37,827 bases of DNA from Candidatus Jordarchaeia archaeon (GCA_029856435.1 JAHQXB010000043.1:1-37827); one strand, 5' to 3'. Positions 26,378 to 35,990 are shown, numbered from the stretch's first letter. Numbers and translations are program-made. Notes: generated from the letters alone by a model not told the origin.

Positions 26378-27517
26378 TTAAATTCCTTTTCTTTTCAGGT
26401 AATAAACGATGACGGCTATTAGAGCACCAGCAGTAACTCCTAAAATAATGAGAGGGGCCGGTTCCATTGAAAATGTGTAATAGTACAAAACTAGGTGAAG
26501 AGGAGGGATGATTTCTGGGGCATTGTCAGAGGGAGGATTATGCATCGAGAAGGAAGGGTCCAAAAGGATGCTGCTGTCAAAATGGGGCACCGATGAGTAA
26601 AGGTTAAAGGCTGTTCCATTCGTCATGAATGAGGAATTCAGAGGTATAAGAGATTCATCCTCCTTTACTGCCAAGTTAAACCAGCGTATCTGACCATGAG
26701 TCACATTGTCAGGTGTAACGAGGGAAATTAAGCTCTCATTTTTATTACCAGTGACGGAGGGTACAGGACTGGTATTAACCATGATGTTAGTGCTGTCAAT
26801 TTTGCTTCCATTAGCAAGCTGGAACAAGTGTTTCAAATTTCCCGGCATAACTTCACTCTTAAGAGCTATATTTAAGGCGAGCATTCTGCTGCTATAATTT
26901 CCATACCCGTCCTCTGGTGCCCACTTGTAGTTACTAATTAAGATGAGAGTTTTAACCGTTAAATCTCCCAGCACTGTGAAATTAATTTCGGGGTAATGCT
27001 CACTGATTGCTACGGTTTTTGTTGTAAGGTAAAGATTTTGCCAAAAAATGATAATCATAGGTGGCGTGAATTTCAAGTTTATTCCAATCTGGTATAAGAC
27101 CACTTCACCAGAATTGGACATGATGTGATACGACCAATCGAATTCCGCCAGATCAGTGGTATTGATTTGGGTGTCGGTAAGGTCAAAAATGCCATTTTGG
27201 TTGGTGTCGTTAAATTCAATTAGTTTGTTGTAGTGAACTCCGAATTGAATGTTTTTTGTGTGATTTTGTGTGAAGGAAAAGATTCCGGAAGGCAAGTAGC
27301 TCCCATTGTCAGAGGGTAGCAGGCTTAGCATAATTTTGTTTGAGAAAAGCACCCCTTGGCTTTGGTTGAAGCCTGATGACGTTTCAACTTGAGGCGCGCC
27401 GTATTCCCAAATACTTAATGTCGCCACACTAGGCGCAGAGAGTAAGGGAACAATTACGATGAAGAATAGTAGAACCAATGTAAAGAGTATGGTGAATAGT
27501 TTTGAGCTGCGAAACAT
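26378..27517 (-). CDS. Secreted/membrane-anchored glycoprotein, 379 aa, function unknown
   Basis: N-terminal signal/TM; more than ten N-x-S/T sequons; LIEFNDTNQNGIFD Ca-binding-like motif; C-terminal TM LIILGVTAGALIAVIVYY followed by the basic tail LKRKGI. Confidence 0.85.
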   Translation of the reverse strand: MFRSSKLFTILFTLVLLFFIVIVPLLSAPSVATLSIWEYGAPQVETSSGFNQSQGVLFSNKIMLSLLPSDNGSYLPSGIFSFTQNHTKNIQFGVHYNKLIEFNDTNQNGIFDLTDTQINTTDLAEFDWSYHIMSNSGEVVLYQIGINLKFTPPMIIIFWQNLYLTTKTVAISEHYPEINFTVLGDLTVKTLILISNYKWAPEDGYGNYSSRMLALNIALKSEVMPGNLKHLFQLANGSKIDSTNIMVNTSPVPSVTGNKNESLISLVTPDNVTHGQIRWFNLAVKEDESLIPLNSSFMTNGTAFNLYSSVPHFDSSILLDPSFSMHNPPSDNAPEIIPPLHLVLYYYTFSMEPAPLIILGVTAGALIAVIVYYLKRKGI

Positions 27518-27860
27518 TTTCTATCCAGAGTCACTAATGCATCTCATTATTTAAAAATTCTTTATAAACAATTTACGTCACGACAAAAATAAAACCTCTA
27601 AAAAACTAGAAAAGAGAAAAAAACTATAAAATTGCCCAAAACAGTTTATAAAAACTAAAAAAGTTTTTAAATTGAAAAAAGGGGTTTTTCCAAAAATTTT
27701 ACTAAATACAAAAGACCGATATTCAACAAGGTATCCTCTTGGTTAATACTCATCGGCTCCATAAGGCTGTTGAGAAAATTCTAACGGTTCTGTCCAAAAG
27801 CAGGGGGATGTTTATTTTTTCGAATTCTGGTGGCGAAGCATTCTAAAAGTGATGAAAATA

Positions 27861-27868
27861 TTTATATG
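27861..27868 (+). promoter_or_regulatory. Putative archaeal TATA box (TTTATATG) with upstream purine-rich BRE-like sequence for the wtpABC operon
   Basis: gatgaaaata-TTTATATG lies about 100 bp upstream of the probable wtpA start and just upstream of a palindrome. Confidence 0.5.
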
Positions 27869-27882
27869 TAGGGTAGCCCAAT

Positions 27883-27906
27883 CGATATGAAGGATAATAC
27901 ATATCG
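27883..27906. promoter_or_regulatory. ModE-like operator palindrome CGATATG-N10-CATATCG
   Basis: Perfect 7-bp inverted repeat spanning 24 bp, upstream of a Mo/W transporter and near the expected transcription start; resembles the recalled ModE box (CGnTATAT-N8-ACATAnCG). Confidence 0.65.
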
Positions 27907-27969
27907 GTTCGTGGCAAAAAAGGAAGTTTCTCCCAATGAAGAAGGATGCTACAGGTTGATGCAATAAAA

Positions 27970-29058
27970 ATGAGCAGTGACTTGAAACTATCTCGAGGCG
28001 CGGGCATAAAGGCAGTAGCCCTAATTTTAATCTTCTGCATAGTGCTAGGAGGCACTGCATTATACTATGGGTGGTACATTCCCCAGGAGGAAGAACAACA
28101 ACAGAATGTTTTAAGCCTAATCGGCCTACCAACTGGAAGCCTTAACATTCTCTGTGCGGGGAGTCTATCCAGAGTTTTAACCGCTGCAGCCCAAAACTTC
28201 GAGGCGAAACACCCTGGAGTTGACATTTTCATTTCGGCTCACGGCTCACTGGAATGTGCAAGTCTACTGAAGCAGGGAATTCAGTGCGACATAATATTTG
28301 TCTCCGACTTCAACGTAATTAAAAAAGAACTATACCTCTACCCCATACCCTGGAATCCCATTGTTAACTATGCAGATTGGTGGGTGGATTTCGCGGGAAA
28401 CCAAATCGTAATCGCCTACAATCCCACCACTACCATAGGAAGAATGATTAATGAAACCAACTGGTACACGATTCTAGTCACAGGTCAGGGACATTGGGCT
28501 CGAGCTAACCCCGACGCAGATCCCTGTGGATACAGGACGCTAATTACTCTAAACATATCAGATACTTATTACCCAAGTAATCCCGGCGAGTATCCTAATT
28601 ATCCCCCAAGCGGCGTATTAAGTTATGTGCTGAATCCCAGTTGTCCAAACATGGTGGTGGCAGCTAAAGAGTACGATATTATGGGTCCCTTGCAGGCGGG
28701 ACAGTGTGATGCGGGTTTCACCTATCTCTCACTTGCCATCCAGTTTGGGCTGCGCTACATTAAGCTTCCAGAGAACGTTAGTCTAGGAAGCGTGTTGCCG
28801 GAATACGATGAGTGGTATTCCCAGTGGTCAATTTCTACCCAAGCGAAGACTTACTGGGGTTCAGCTATCAAATATGCTGTTACAATTCCCAATACTGCTC
28901 AAAACCGTTTTTGGGCCATTGAGTTTCTGAAATTCTTATTGTCCTCTGAGGGACAAGCTATACTCACCGCCGGGGGACAACCAGTGATTAATCCACCAAT
29001 AGCGGAGGGTAATTTGGCTAAGGTTCCAAGCCAAATATTAAGCCTCTGCAACTATTAG
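27970..29058 (+). CDS. wtpA: Tungstate/molybdate ABC transporter substrate-binding protein, WtpA type (ORF track start 27946)
   Basis: N-terminal TM anchor; AGSL, HGS, DADPCGYR and AKE motifs (the WtpA Asp/Glu oxyanion ligands), FTYLS, IKYAVTIP. Confidence 0.88.
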   Translation: MSSDLKLSRGAGIKAVALILIFCIVLGGTALYYGWYIPQEEEQQQNVLSLIGLPTGSLNILCAGSLSRVLTAAAQNFEAKHPGVDIFISAHGSLECASLLKQGIQCDIIFVSDFNVIKKELYLYPIPWNPIVNYADWWVDFAGNQIVIAYNPTTTIGRMINETNWYTILVTGQGHWARANPDADPCGYRTLITLNISDTYYPSNPGEYPNYPPSGVLSYVLNPSCPNMVVAAKEYDIMGPLQAGQCDAGFTYLSLAIQFGLRYIKLPENVSLGSVLPEYDEWYSQWSISTQAKTYWGSAIKYAVTIPNTAQNRFWAIEFLKFLLSSEGQAILTAGGQPVINPPIAEGNLAKVPSQILSLCNY

Positions 29059-29094
29059 ATAGGAGGATTCAAACAGTTAAAGCATAGGAAAAAT

Positions 29095-30006
29095 TTGAGG
29101 GTGAGGTCAATGGTTTGGTGGAGCAGAGTTAGTGTTTATACTGTTCTTTTGTTTTTCATCGGATTCACCTTTTTTGTAGTTTTCTTTTTATCTCCACTTG
29201 GAGCTCTTATATATTCTACCATTAATCCCTTGTATGCGGATCCCGGATTTCTCCAAAGAGTTTACAACATTTATCTGAGTTTGGGGCCCGTAGATGCCTT
29301 CAAAGAGTTTTTGATTGTAGTTGGAAATCCGATAATCAAGTCGCTACAGAGTGACATCATCATCAGCGCTATTCAGGTAAGTTTAATCACCACATCTGTT
29401 TCTAGTGTAATATGTGTCTGTTTCGGTATACCCCTAGCTTACATTTTATCAAGGTATGATTTTTGGGGTAAGAAGATTATTGACACCGCGGTGGATTTGC
29501 CCATGGTTCTTCCCCCCACAGTCGCTGGAATAAGCCTGATACTGTTTTTGGGACCCAATACTCCTCTGGGAACCTTTTTACACAATAGTGGCATTGACAT
29601 AATTTTTACTTGGAGGGCCATCATATTTGCGCAAATTTTTGTTTCAGCGCCCTTCTTTATAAGAACTGTTTCCACAGCCTTTTCGGGGGTGCCCAGAAAC
29701 CTTGAGCTTGCCGCCACAAACCTTGGAGCATCGCCTATCCGAACTTTTTACACGGTCACCCTACCTCTCTCAACTAGGGGAGTCTTTGCCGGTTGGGCCA
29801 TGATGTGGGCTCGGGCGATGGGAGAGTTTGGAGCGACAATAATGGTTTCCAACAATGTGCCCGGACAGAGTTACACTCTTACAACTGCAATATACTGGGA
29901 GTTTTGGTCTGGTGGACTATTCCAAAGCATTTCAGCCGCGATCATTTTGCTAATTGTAGCTTTTTCGGTTCTGATTTTGGTGCGCATAGTGATGAGTAGG
30001 AGATGA
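29095..30006 (+). CDS. wtpB: Tungstate/molybdate ABC transporter permease
   Basis: DLPMVLPPTVAG, EAA-loop ELAATNLGASP, ARAMGEFGAT. Confidence 0.9.
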   Translation: MRVRSMVWWSRVSVYTVLLFFIGFTFFVVFFLSPLGALIYSTINPLYADPGFLQRVYNIYLSLGPVDAFKEFLIVVGNPIIKSLQSDIIISAIQVSLITTSVSSVICVCFGIPLAYILSRYDFWGKKIIDTAVDLPMVLPPTVAGISLILFLGPNTPLGTFLHNSGIDIIFTWRAIIFAQIFVSAPFFIRTVSTAFSGVPRNLELAATNLGASPIRTFYTVTLPLSTRGVFAGWAMMWARAMGEFGATIMVSNNVPGQSYTLTTAIYWEFWSGGLFQSISAAIILLIVAFSVLILVRIVMSRR

Positions 30007-31136
30007 GCCGGGAAATGGCATTCTTGGAACTAGAAAAGATAAGTAAAAGCTTTAAGGAAACTGTAAGCCTGAGAGAGAGGTTCTCTGGAATAAGTAGAGA
30101 AAATCCTGTTTTGAAGGATTTAAGTCTAAAGGTGGAGAAAGGAGAGCTAATGGTCATACTGGGTCCTACGGGTTGCGGGAAAACCACGCTGTTACACATA
30201 GTTTGTGGGTTAATTAGACAGGATTCGGGTCACATCTATCTAGATGGAGAGTGTATTGACAGTTTGCCTCCAAACAAGAGGGAGGTGTGCATGGTTTTTC
30301 AAGACTTCTGCCTTTTCCCACATATGAATGTGGCAGACAATGTTGCTTATGGATTGTCTTCTCGAAAGGTTAAGAGAGAAACGCTAATTGAAAGGGTTAA
30401 GGAAGTTTTGGAAAATTTGGATTTGTACCATCTCCGGTATCGTAAGCCGGAAACCCTCAGCGGCGGGGAGAAGCAGAGGGTGGCCTTAGCAAGGGCTTTG
30501 GTTGTTCAGCCCAAGGTTTTGCTTTTTGATGAGCCTCTTAGCAACCTAGATTTAAACGTCAGAAAAAGTGTGAGGAGTGAAATCTTGAGGATTCAGAAGG
30601 ATTATGAGTTAACATCTATTTATGTGACCCATGACCAATATGAGGCCAGAAGTATGGCTAATCGGGTGGCCATCATTCATAATGGTAAAATAGAACAAGT
30701 GGGGAAACCTGAAGACATTTTTTACAAGCCCCAAACTGAATTTGTCGCTTCATTTACTGAAGCCGAAAACATACTACAAGGCAAAGTGTCGGAAAATCGG
30801 CCCTATGAAGGTCTCTCAGAGGTGCTTGTGGGAAACGTTAAAATCAGCACCGCCTTTGATTCAAGCCTAACAATAGGGCAGGATGTGAAATTAATGATAA
30901 GGCCTGAAGACATAATTATAGCTAAGGAAAAACCAGTTACAAGTGCCAGAAACGTTTTAATGGGGAAGGTGTCAAGTGTTGAGCCTCATGGTTCTCTCTT
31001 TAAAGTAGACTTAAACATAAAGGGGGTATCTTTAAGCTGCCTAATATCCAGAATTTCGCTCGAGGAATTTGGGGTTGCACCCGGCTCAAACTTGTATGTA
31101 GCTTTTAAATCCTCAGCAGTGCACATAATTAAATGA
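30003..31136 (+). CDS. wtpC: Tungstate/molybdate ABC transporter ATPase with C-terminal TOBE domains
   Basis: Walker A GPTGCGKT, LSGGE signature, Walker B LLFDEP, VTHD; C-terminal OB-like YVAFKSSAV; ATGA overlap with the permease. Confidence 0.92.
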   Translation: MSREMAFLELEKISKSFKETVSLRERFSGISRENPVLKDLSLKVEKGELMVILGPTGCGKTTLLHIVCGLIRQDSGHIYLDGECIDSLPPNKREVCMVFQDFCLFPHMNVADNVAYGLSSRKVKRETLIERVKEVLENLDLYHLRYRKPETLSGGEKQRVALARALVVQPKVLLFDEPLSNLDLNVRKSVRSEILRIQKDYELTSIYVTHDQYEARSMANRVAIIHNGKIEQVGKPEDIFYKPQTEFVASFTEAENILQGKVSENRPYEGLSEVLVGNVKISTAFDSSLTIGQDVKLMIRPEDIIIAKEKPVTSARNVLMGKVSSVEPHGSLFKVDLNIKGVSLSCLISRISLEEFGVAPGSNLYVAFKSSAVHIIK

Positions 31137-31165
31137 AAATTTAGACCAAGAAAATCCGGGTGGGG

Positions 31166-31867
31166 CTAAAATTTACAGTATGTTTTTACTGGGCACGCGT
31201 CGCACTTGTTTTTTCTGCAGTAGTTCTTCCCTATCCTGAGGAGTGCGGTTTCAAAATTTTGGAAATGGTATCCTTCTACCTTGTTTTGGTTCCAAATTTG
31301 GTAAAGTTCTTGAAGGTTTCTGGTTTTATCAGCTTTTTTAATTAGGCCCAGATTCTTGGCAGAGTTAATGGTTAATTCTTGGAGGGGAGGATTTGCCTTG
31401 TCCCAGATACCTCTAAGCTCCCTCAAAAAAATATTTACTGTAACATCTCCTATTCCCTTCCCCAAGTTTTTAAGTCTTTGCTCCAGATCTTTAGAATCAA
31501 TTGATTTTTCGTGGAGGAGGTTTAAGTCTCCACCATACTCCTTCTCAAGGTTGCCCATAACTTCCAAGAACTTGTCGGCTGTTTTGTAATCGTATCTCAC
31601 ATATCCACCCCTATCAAGAATGTAAACCAAGCCGTGCCAACCTGTTTTCAGAATTTTTCCAGCAGACAGAAGACCAGTCCTCTCAAATTCGTGGTAAGTG
31701 TTTTTGGCTATGGTTTCCGAAATCCTGGCTCCAAAGAGCAGTGAGGCCACAAACCATTTGAACACCTCATCTGAACTCCTTTTTTGCAGATTTATTCCCA
31801 GCTCAGTCGAAAACAATCCACCCATCTTAACAGTGATTTCTTCTACAAGATCCTTCACGTAGCCCAT
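31166..31867 (-). CDS. HhH-GPD/endonuclease III-related protein with C-terminal Fe-S motif, 233 aa
   Basis: HhH-like LKNLGKGIGDVTVNIFLRE; C-terminal CRKNKCDACPVKTYC (Cx4Cx2Cx5C). Confidence 0.7.
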   Translation of the reverse strand: MGYVKDLVEEITVKMGGLFSTELGINLQKRSSDEVFKWFVASLLFGARISETIAKNTYHEFERTGLLSAGKILKTGWHGLVYILDRGGYVRYDYKTADKFLEVMGNLEKEYGGDLNLLHEKSIDSKDLEQRLKNLGKGIGDVTVNIFLRELRGIWDKANPPLQELTINSAKNLGLIKKADKTRNLQELYQIWNQNKVEGYHFQNFETALLRIGKNYCRKNKCDACPVKTYCKF

Positions 31868-32208
31868 ACTTTAAACTTTAATTAAATCCCTTTAAAACCC
31901 TTGTTAATGGGGGTGCGCCGCTCAATCTATAAATTTTTTAATAAGCAGCTTAAAATTTCCAAAAAGAGTTAACCGTTAAGAATTGGTCATAATGCTTATG
32001 AAAATTAACATTTTCGTTTTTCGTTTTTTCGCTTTGGGCAATTCGAGCGTATCTTGAAGCGATGTGGGTTAAAGGCACGCAGTTATAAAATAAATGTAAG
32101 GAGAGAATTAGTGCCTTATACCTTTTTTTAAGAATAATAAGAATTGGAAAAGGAAAAATTTATTATTTAAATATTAGAGTAAATTGAACATTAAAAGGAG
32201 ATTGGCGA

Positions 32209-33075
32209 ATGTCGGGAACATTAAGGTATGCAATGGTGTCCGGAATCTTTGCAGGTATAGTTGCAGCGTTTATGGGACTACTTCTCTTCGTTATGTTTCA
32301 CAGTTTCAACTCTACCATTTTTGCCACAGTACTGAGCGCGATAGGAACACTGATTGTAACCTTGTTTTTGGGATTATTGGTTGTAATTGTGGTTATAGTT
32401 CTTGTAGCGATTTTCGGCGGCAATCCAGCGGAGGCAATAGGGAAGTTCTTCGAAGAGTTATTAGCCCCCATATCCGTAGTGGTTATGTTGGGCTATTTCC
32501 AAGGGCTTGGCTATAGTTTGAGTGTTTCTTCGTTTAACCCTGTTTTCACAATTTTCATGACTATTTCTGGCATTTTGACAGCTGTGGGGTATTTCCTGAA
32601 GTTTAGACTGGAAAGAAGGTCTACCCACCTTGCGAGAGGCTTCTTTGCTATTGTGGGAATAGATGTTGCGGGTATACTCATATATTTAGGCTTGAGTCCA
32701 GTGTCAAACTATGCTCTGGGGGTGTTCTCACTCACCCTATTGTTTATCGCCTATCCCAATTACTTTTATCTAAACATTGCGGCAGTTCTACTCCTTTTGG
32801 TATTTATGGGATTAGGCATCATACAACTGAGGGATAGACAAGAATCAGCAAAACCCATACTATGCGTAGGAATTGGAATTATGGAAGTCCTATCCGGAAT
32901 CCTCTTTCTTGGAGGAACAGTTAGTTATATAATGTTCATACCTGGTTTCGCCTCAATGCTCATAACACTCATTCTTTGGATGCCATACGCCTGGTCAGAA
33001 AACGAGGCACCACCCAGCCTTTCCAAAAAAACATCTAGAAAAGGCCCTCAAGAAGGTGTGCAAAAATGGGAATAG
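32209..33075 (+). CDS. Polytopic membrane protein of unknown function, 288 aa
   Basis: AGGAG SD; about 8-9 hydrophobic segments and a short polar C-terminal tail; no family recognised. Confidence 0.8.
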   Translation: MSGTLRYAMVSGIFAGIVAAFMGLLLFVMFHSFNSTIFATVLSAIGTLIVTLFLGLLVVIVVIVLVAIFGGNPAEAIGKFFEELLAPISVVVMLGYFQGLGYSLSVSSFNPVFTIFMTISGILTAVGYFLKFRLERRSTHLARGFFAIVGIDVAGILIYLGLSPVSNYALGVFSLTLLFIAYPNYFYLNIAAVLLLLVFMGLGIIQLRDRQESAKPILCVGIGIMEVLSGILFLGGTVSYIMFIPGFASMLITLILWMPYAWSENEAPPSLSKKTSRKGPQEGVQKWE

Positions 33076-33233
33076 AAGCAGAAGTGAACCACACCCACTA
33101 TTTTTTCGTAGTTAAACCCGTAAATTAGAAGATTGGGAAAAGCTTAATACAATTCTTCTCTTATAGCTCACAACACAAATGAAGGGTGTTTAAGCACGTG
33201 TATTGAAAAAGTATATTTCATAGTGGTGGTTGG

Positions 33234-34121
33234 ATGAATATAGGTGAGTCTTGGGAGCATAAATTTGTTGAAACCAATGGGGTTCGCCTGCACTGCGTTA
33301 TTCAGGGTCAGGGTAAACTGATGATTCTTTTGCATGGTTTTCCCGAGTTCTGGTATTCTTGGAGACATCAGATACCCGTTATGGCAAAGTACTTCAAAGT
33401 TGTAGCTCCAGACATGAGGGGATATAATGAGAGCGATAAACCAGAGGGCGTTGAAAATTACAGGCTTAACATACTGGCTGAAGACGTTATGGGTCTCATT
33501 AAAGCCTTAGGAGAGGAAAAGGCAATAATAGTGGGTCACGATTGGGGAGGCATAGTAGCTTGGTACTTCGCAATGGCCCACCCTGAAGCCACAGAGAAAC
33601 TAATAATTATGAATGTTCCCCACCCCCAGGTGTGGCAGGAAAAAGCAAAATACAATGCTAGGCAGCTCCAGAAGAGCTGGTATGTGTTCTTCTTTCAGAT
33701 CGAGAAGGTCCCCGAAAATTATTTCAGTAGGAATAATTTTCTCGCCATGAGGCTAATGCTTAGCAATTCAACTTTTAAGAAAGGAGTATTCAGCGAGGAG
33801 GACTTAGAAAAATTTGTGGAGGCGTGGTCGAAACCCGGAGCGCTAACCGCCGCCATAAATTATTACCGGGCAAACATCAGACCCGAAATTTTCATGGAAG
33901 ACATTGATTTAAAACTTCCAAAAATAAAGAGCCCCACACTGGTAATTTGGGGAGAGGAAGACCTAGCTCTTACACTTGAGGTTAGCAAAGGGGCGGAAAA
34001 ATATATTGATGCCCCCTACACTATAAGATATATCACCAAATGTGGGCACTGGGTGCAACAGGAAGAACCAGAACTCGTAAACAAGTATATGCTAGAATTT
34101 CTGAGGGAATACACCAAATAG
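33234..34121 (+). CDS. Epoxide hydrolase-like alpha/beta hydrolase, 295 aa
   Basis: HGFPE, PDMRGY, GHDWGG (Asp nucleophile), SWY and NYYRA tyrosines, GHWVQQE. Confidence 0.92.
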   Translation: MNIGESWEHKFVETNGVRLHCVIQGQGKLMILLHGFPEFWYSWRHQIPVMAKYFKVVAPDMRGYNESDKPEGVENYRLNILAEDVMGLIKALGEEKAIIVGHDWGGIVAWYFAMAHPEATEKLIIMNVPHPQVWQEKAKYNARQLQKSWYVFFFQIEKVPENYFSRNNFLAMRLMLSNSTFKKGVFSEEDLEKFVEAWSKPGALTAAINYYRANIRPEIFMEDIDLKLPKIKSPTLVIWGEEDLALTLEVSKGAEKYIDAPYTIRYITKCGHWVQQEEPELVNKYMLEFLREYTK

Positions 34122-34451
34122 ATTTCTAGTACCCTGAGCTCATAATAGGAGGTCGGTAGAATAATAGAGAAATATTAATTCAATTTTACCATATATTGTG
34201 GAGTTCACAATTTAATCAACAAAGTTTAAATAAATACGTGTTTCTAATCAACACAAATACACAAGTATTTAAGCAAAACGTTTGTATTCGGGAAAGCGGT
34301 TTGAAAACTTGGAAGAAGTAGGTTAATTTGATTTTACATCCACCTTTGTAGTTCCATGACGGTAATAGCCACAGAAATTATATGCGAGGCACAATCAATT
34401 TCCTTAGATGTGGGAAAATGAAATTTTCAAATTGATTGGAGCTGAAGAAAA

Positions 34452-35636
34452 ATGGTTTGGAGTGAGATTGCCAAAATAGCAGCTTCTTATGGATTGAATT
34501 TAGAGAACGCTTTAGTGGACGGATGGTTTCTGGCGGGTATGCAGATAGCCACCTTCGGCGGAGAATTTGTAAAAAGTTTTGGGGAGGGAGCAAGGGGAAT
34601 ACTTCTACGTGGAGCCGTGGCAACGGGAAAATACGTAGGAAATAAAATAACCAATGACTTTGGATTAGGCAAAGAACTAATTGACGTGGGAAGAATACAG
34701 AACCTAGTTATGTATTCAGTTCTTATGCCCCACACGGTGGAACAGTTAGAAAATGGGGATGTTAAACTGTCAGTTTTTGACTGCCCCTTTGCTCCCTTTG
34801 CGGTTTTACTATCCGACCCTATGGCTTGCGAGATGTGTGTAGGATACGTTAGAGGTGCGGCCAAGTATGTAACAGAGGGTAAAGCAGGCGTTTTCAGAGT
34901 AACACACATTCCCGCAGGAGACGAGAGATGCGACTTCTTTGTTAGGGATGGCGTGCCCCATGGGCTAACCCGCTACCAAATAAAAGCAAATATTCCATCT
35001 CAAGAGTACCTCTCAACACTTATCCAAAAAGATTTGAGATTCGTCAAAGAAAACTACCTTCCAAAGGCCTTCTCAAATCCAAAAATAGTAGACCAGAATG
35101 CAAGTGAAGAGGAGAAAAAGAACCAAGCATTAGCATACCTAATTGAGATAATGTCTTTGGTTTTACGGGGGTTAGTAATGACTGAGTCTTATAGTGCTTA
35201 CAGCATCCTCGGAAAAGGCATCTCCTATAGAACTGCGGAGGGAGTTGGAAAAGCCGCCGCTGATCTTATGCTTGCTGGTTTTCCACCAGTAGTCTCCGGT
35301 TGGAATGAGAGATTTGGTCTATCTAATTCGGAGAAAAGAGCTGAGAAGGCCGCGGTGTTATATTCAACTGTGATGAAGCTTGATGGTGAGATCGGAGACG
35401 GATGGTTTGAAGTTAGCAATTGCCTCTGGAAAAATATGGTTGAGGAAATGTTGAAGGATCCGGCTGGTTATGATATGGCCAGCCTCAGTGAGTCAGATAA
35501 GATGGAGGCAATGAAGTGTGGTTGCGTCTCCTGCGATAGCTGCCTTAAAGGGCTCGTAGGTTCAAACGGTATTCATGTAGAACAAGCCAGTTGCCAAGCT
35601 GATGGAAAGGACAGATGCCGCTGGGTTTTTAAATGA
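34452..35636 (+). CDS. Protein with two tandem V4R/ATC-hydrolase-like domains carrying Cys clusters, 394 aa
   Basis: Domain 1: DCPF...CEMC...G...THIPAGDERCDF. Domain 2: NCLW...CVSCDSC..G...SCQADGKDRCRWVF. Both fit the V4R-like C-P/C...G..xC C-terminal pattern. Confidence 0.65.
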   Translation: MVWSEIAKIAASYGLNLENALVDGWFLAGMQIATFGGEFVKSFGEGARGILLRGAVATGKYVGNKITNDFGLGKELIDVGRIQNLVMYSVLMPHTVEQLENGDVKLSVFDCPFAPFAVLLSDPMACEMCVGYVRGAAKYVTEGKAGVFRVTHIPAGDERCDFFVRDGVPHGLTRYQIKANIPSQEYLSTLIQKDLRFVKENYLPKAFSNPKIVDQNASEEEKKNQALAYLIEIMSLVLRGLVMTESYSAYSILGKGISYRTAEGVGKAAADLMLAGFPPVVSGWNERFGLSNSEKRAEKAAVLYSTVMKLDGEIGDGWFEVSNCLWKNMVEEMLKDPAGYDMASLSESDKMEAMKCGCVSCDSCLKGLVGSNGIHVEQASCQADGKDRCRWVFK

Positions 35637-35686
35637 GCTTATCGCCTATTTTTCATCCTTCAACTTTTCCTGTCTAATCTCACCAT

Positions 35687-35990
35687 TCAATGTTGACGTG
35701 GATTGACTGATTCTACTTCTATCCTATTATTTTTTAACGTTAGATCGGCAACATCAAGTGGTGTAGGTATTACCGTCTTGTCCCCGAGTTTTTCTTGGTT
35801 GCTGACAAATTTTTAGCAGTCTCCTTGTTAAATGCATCTTCCTTTTCATCTCCAACTATCTTGTGAACCTAGTAAAATATGCCTCCTATAAGTACTGCTG
35901 CGTTCTCCCTCCTGTTTCCTCCAATCCTACACCTAGAATTTCAAGTGCTTTCTGTTCAGTTTTGAATTCAAATGTGTTAACCACTCTCAT
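35687..35990 (-). pseudogene. mtrH: Truncated, frameshifted mtrH/mtgA-like methyl-H4MPT(H4F):corrinoid methyltransferase remnant
   Basis: Manual stitching gives FEFKTEQKALEILGV / IGGNRRENAAVLIGGIFY*VHKIVGDEKEDAFNKETAK / FVSNQEKLGDKTVIPTPLDVA. This matches the MtrH N-terminus pattern (FxFxxEQxxxEIGGVxxGGQPGExxTVLxGxIFYxxHKIVxDExxGxFxxxxAxxLxxxQEExxDxTGNP). Two frameshifts, one stop, rest of gene missing. Confidence 0.75.

Noticed and set aside
25674-26381. ORFs 25674-25880, 25918-26241 and 26064-26381 as genes, or a tnpB remnant
   Set aside because: No RuvC, zinc-ribbon or HUH motifs seen; they run across the element ends and hairpins on the opposite strand.
34408-34451. Frameshifted N-terminal extension (MWENEIFKLIGAEEK) of the V4R-like gene
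   Set aside because: It needs an extra A in an A5 run and has no independent support.
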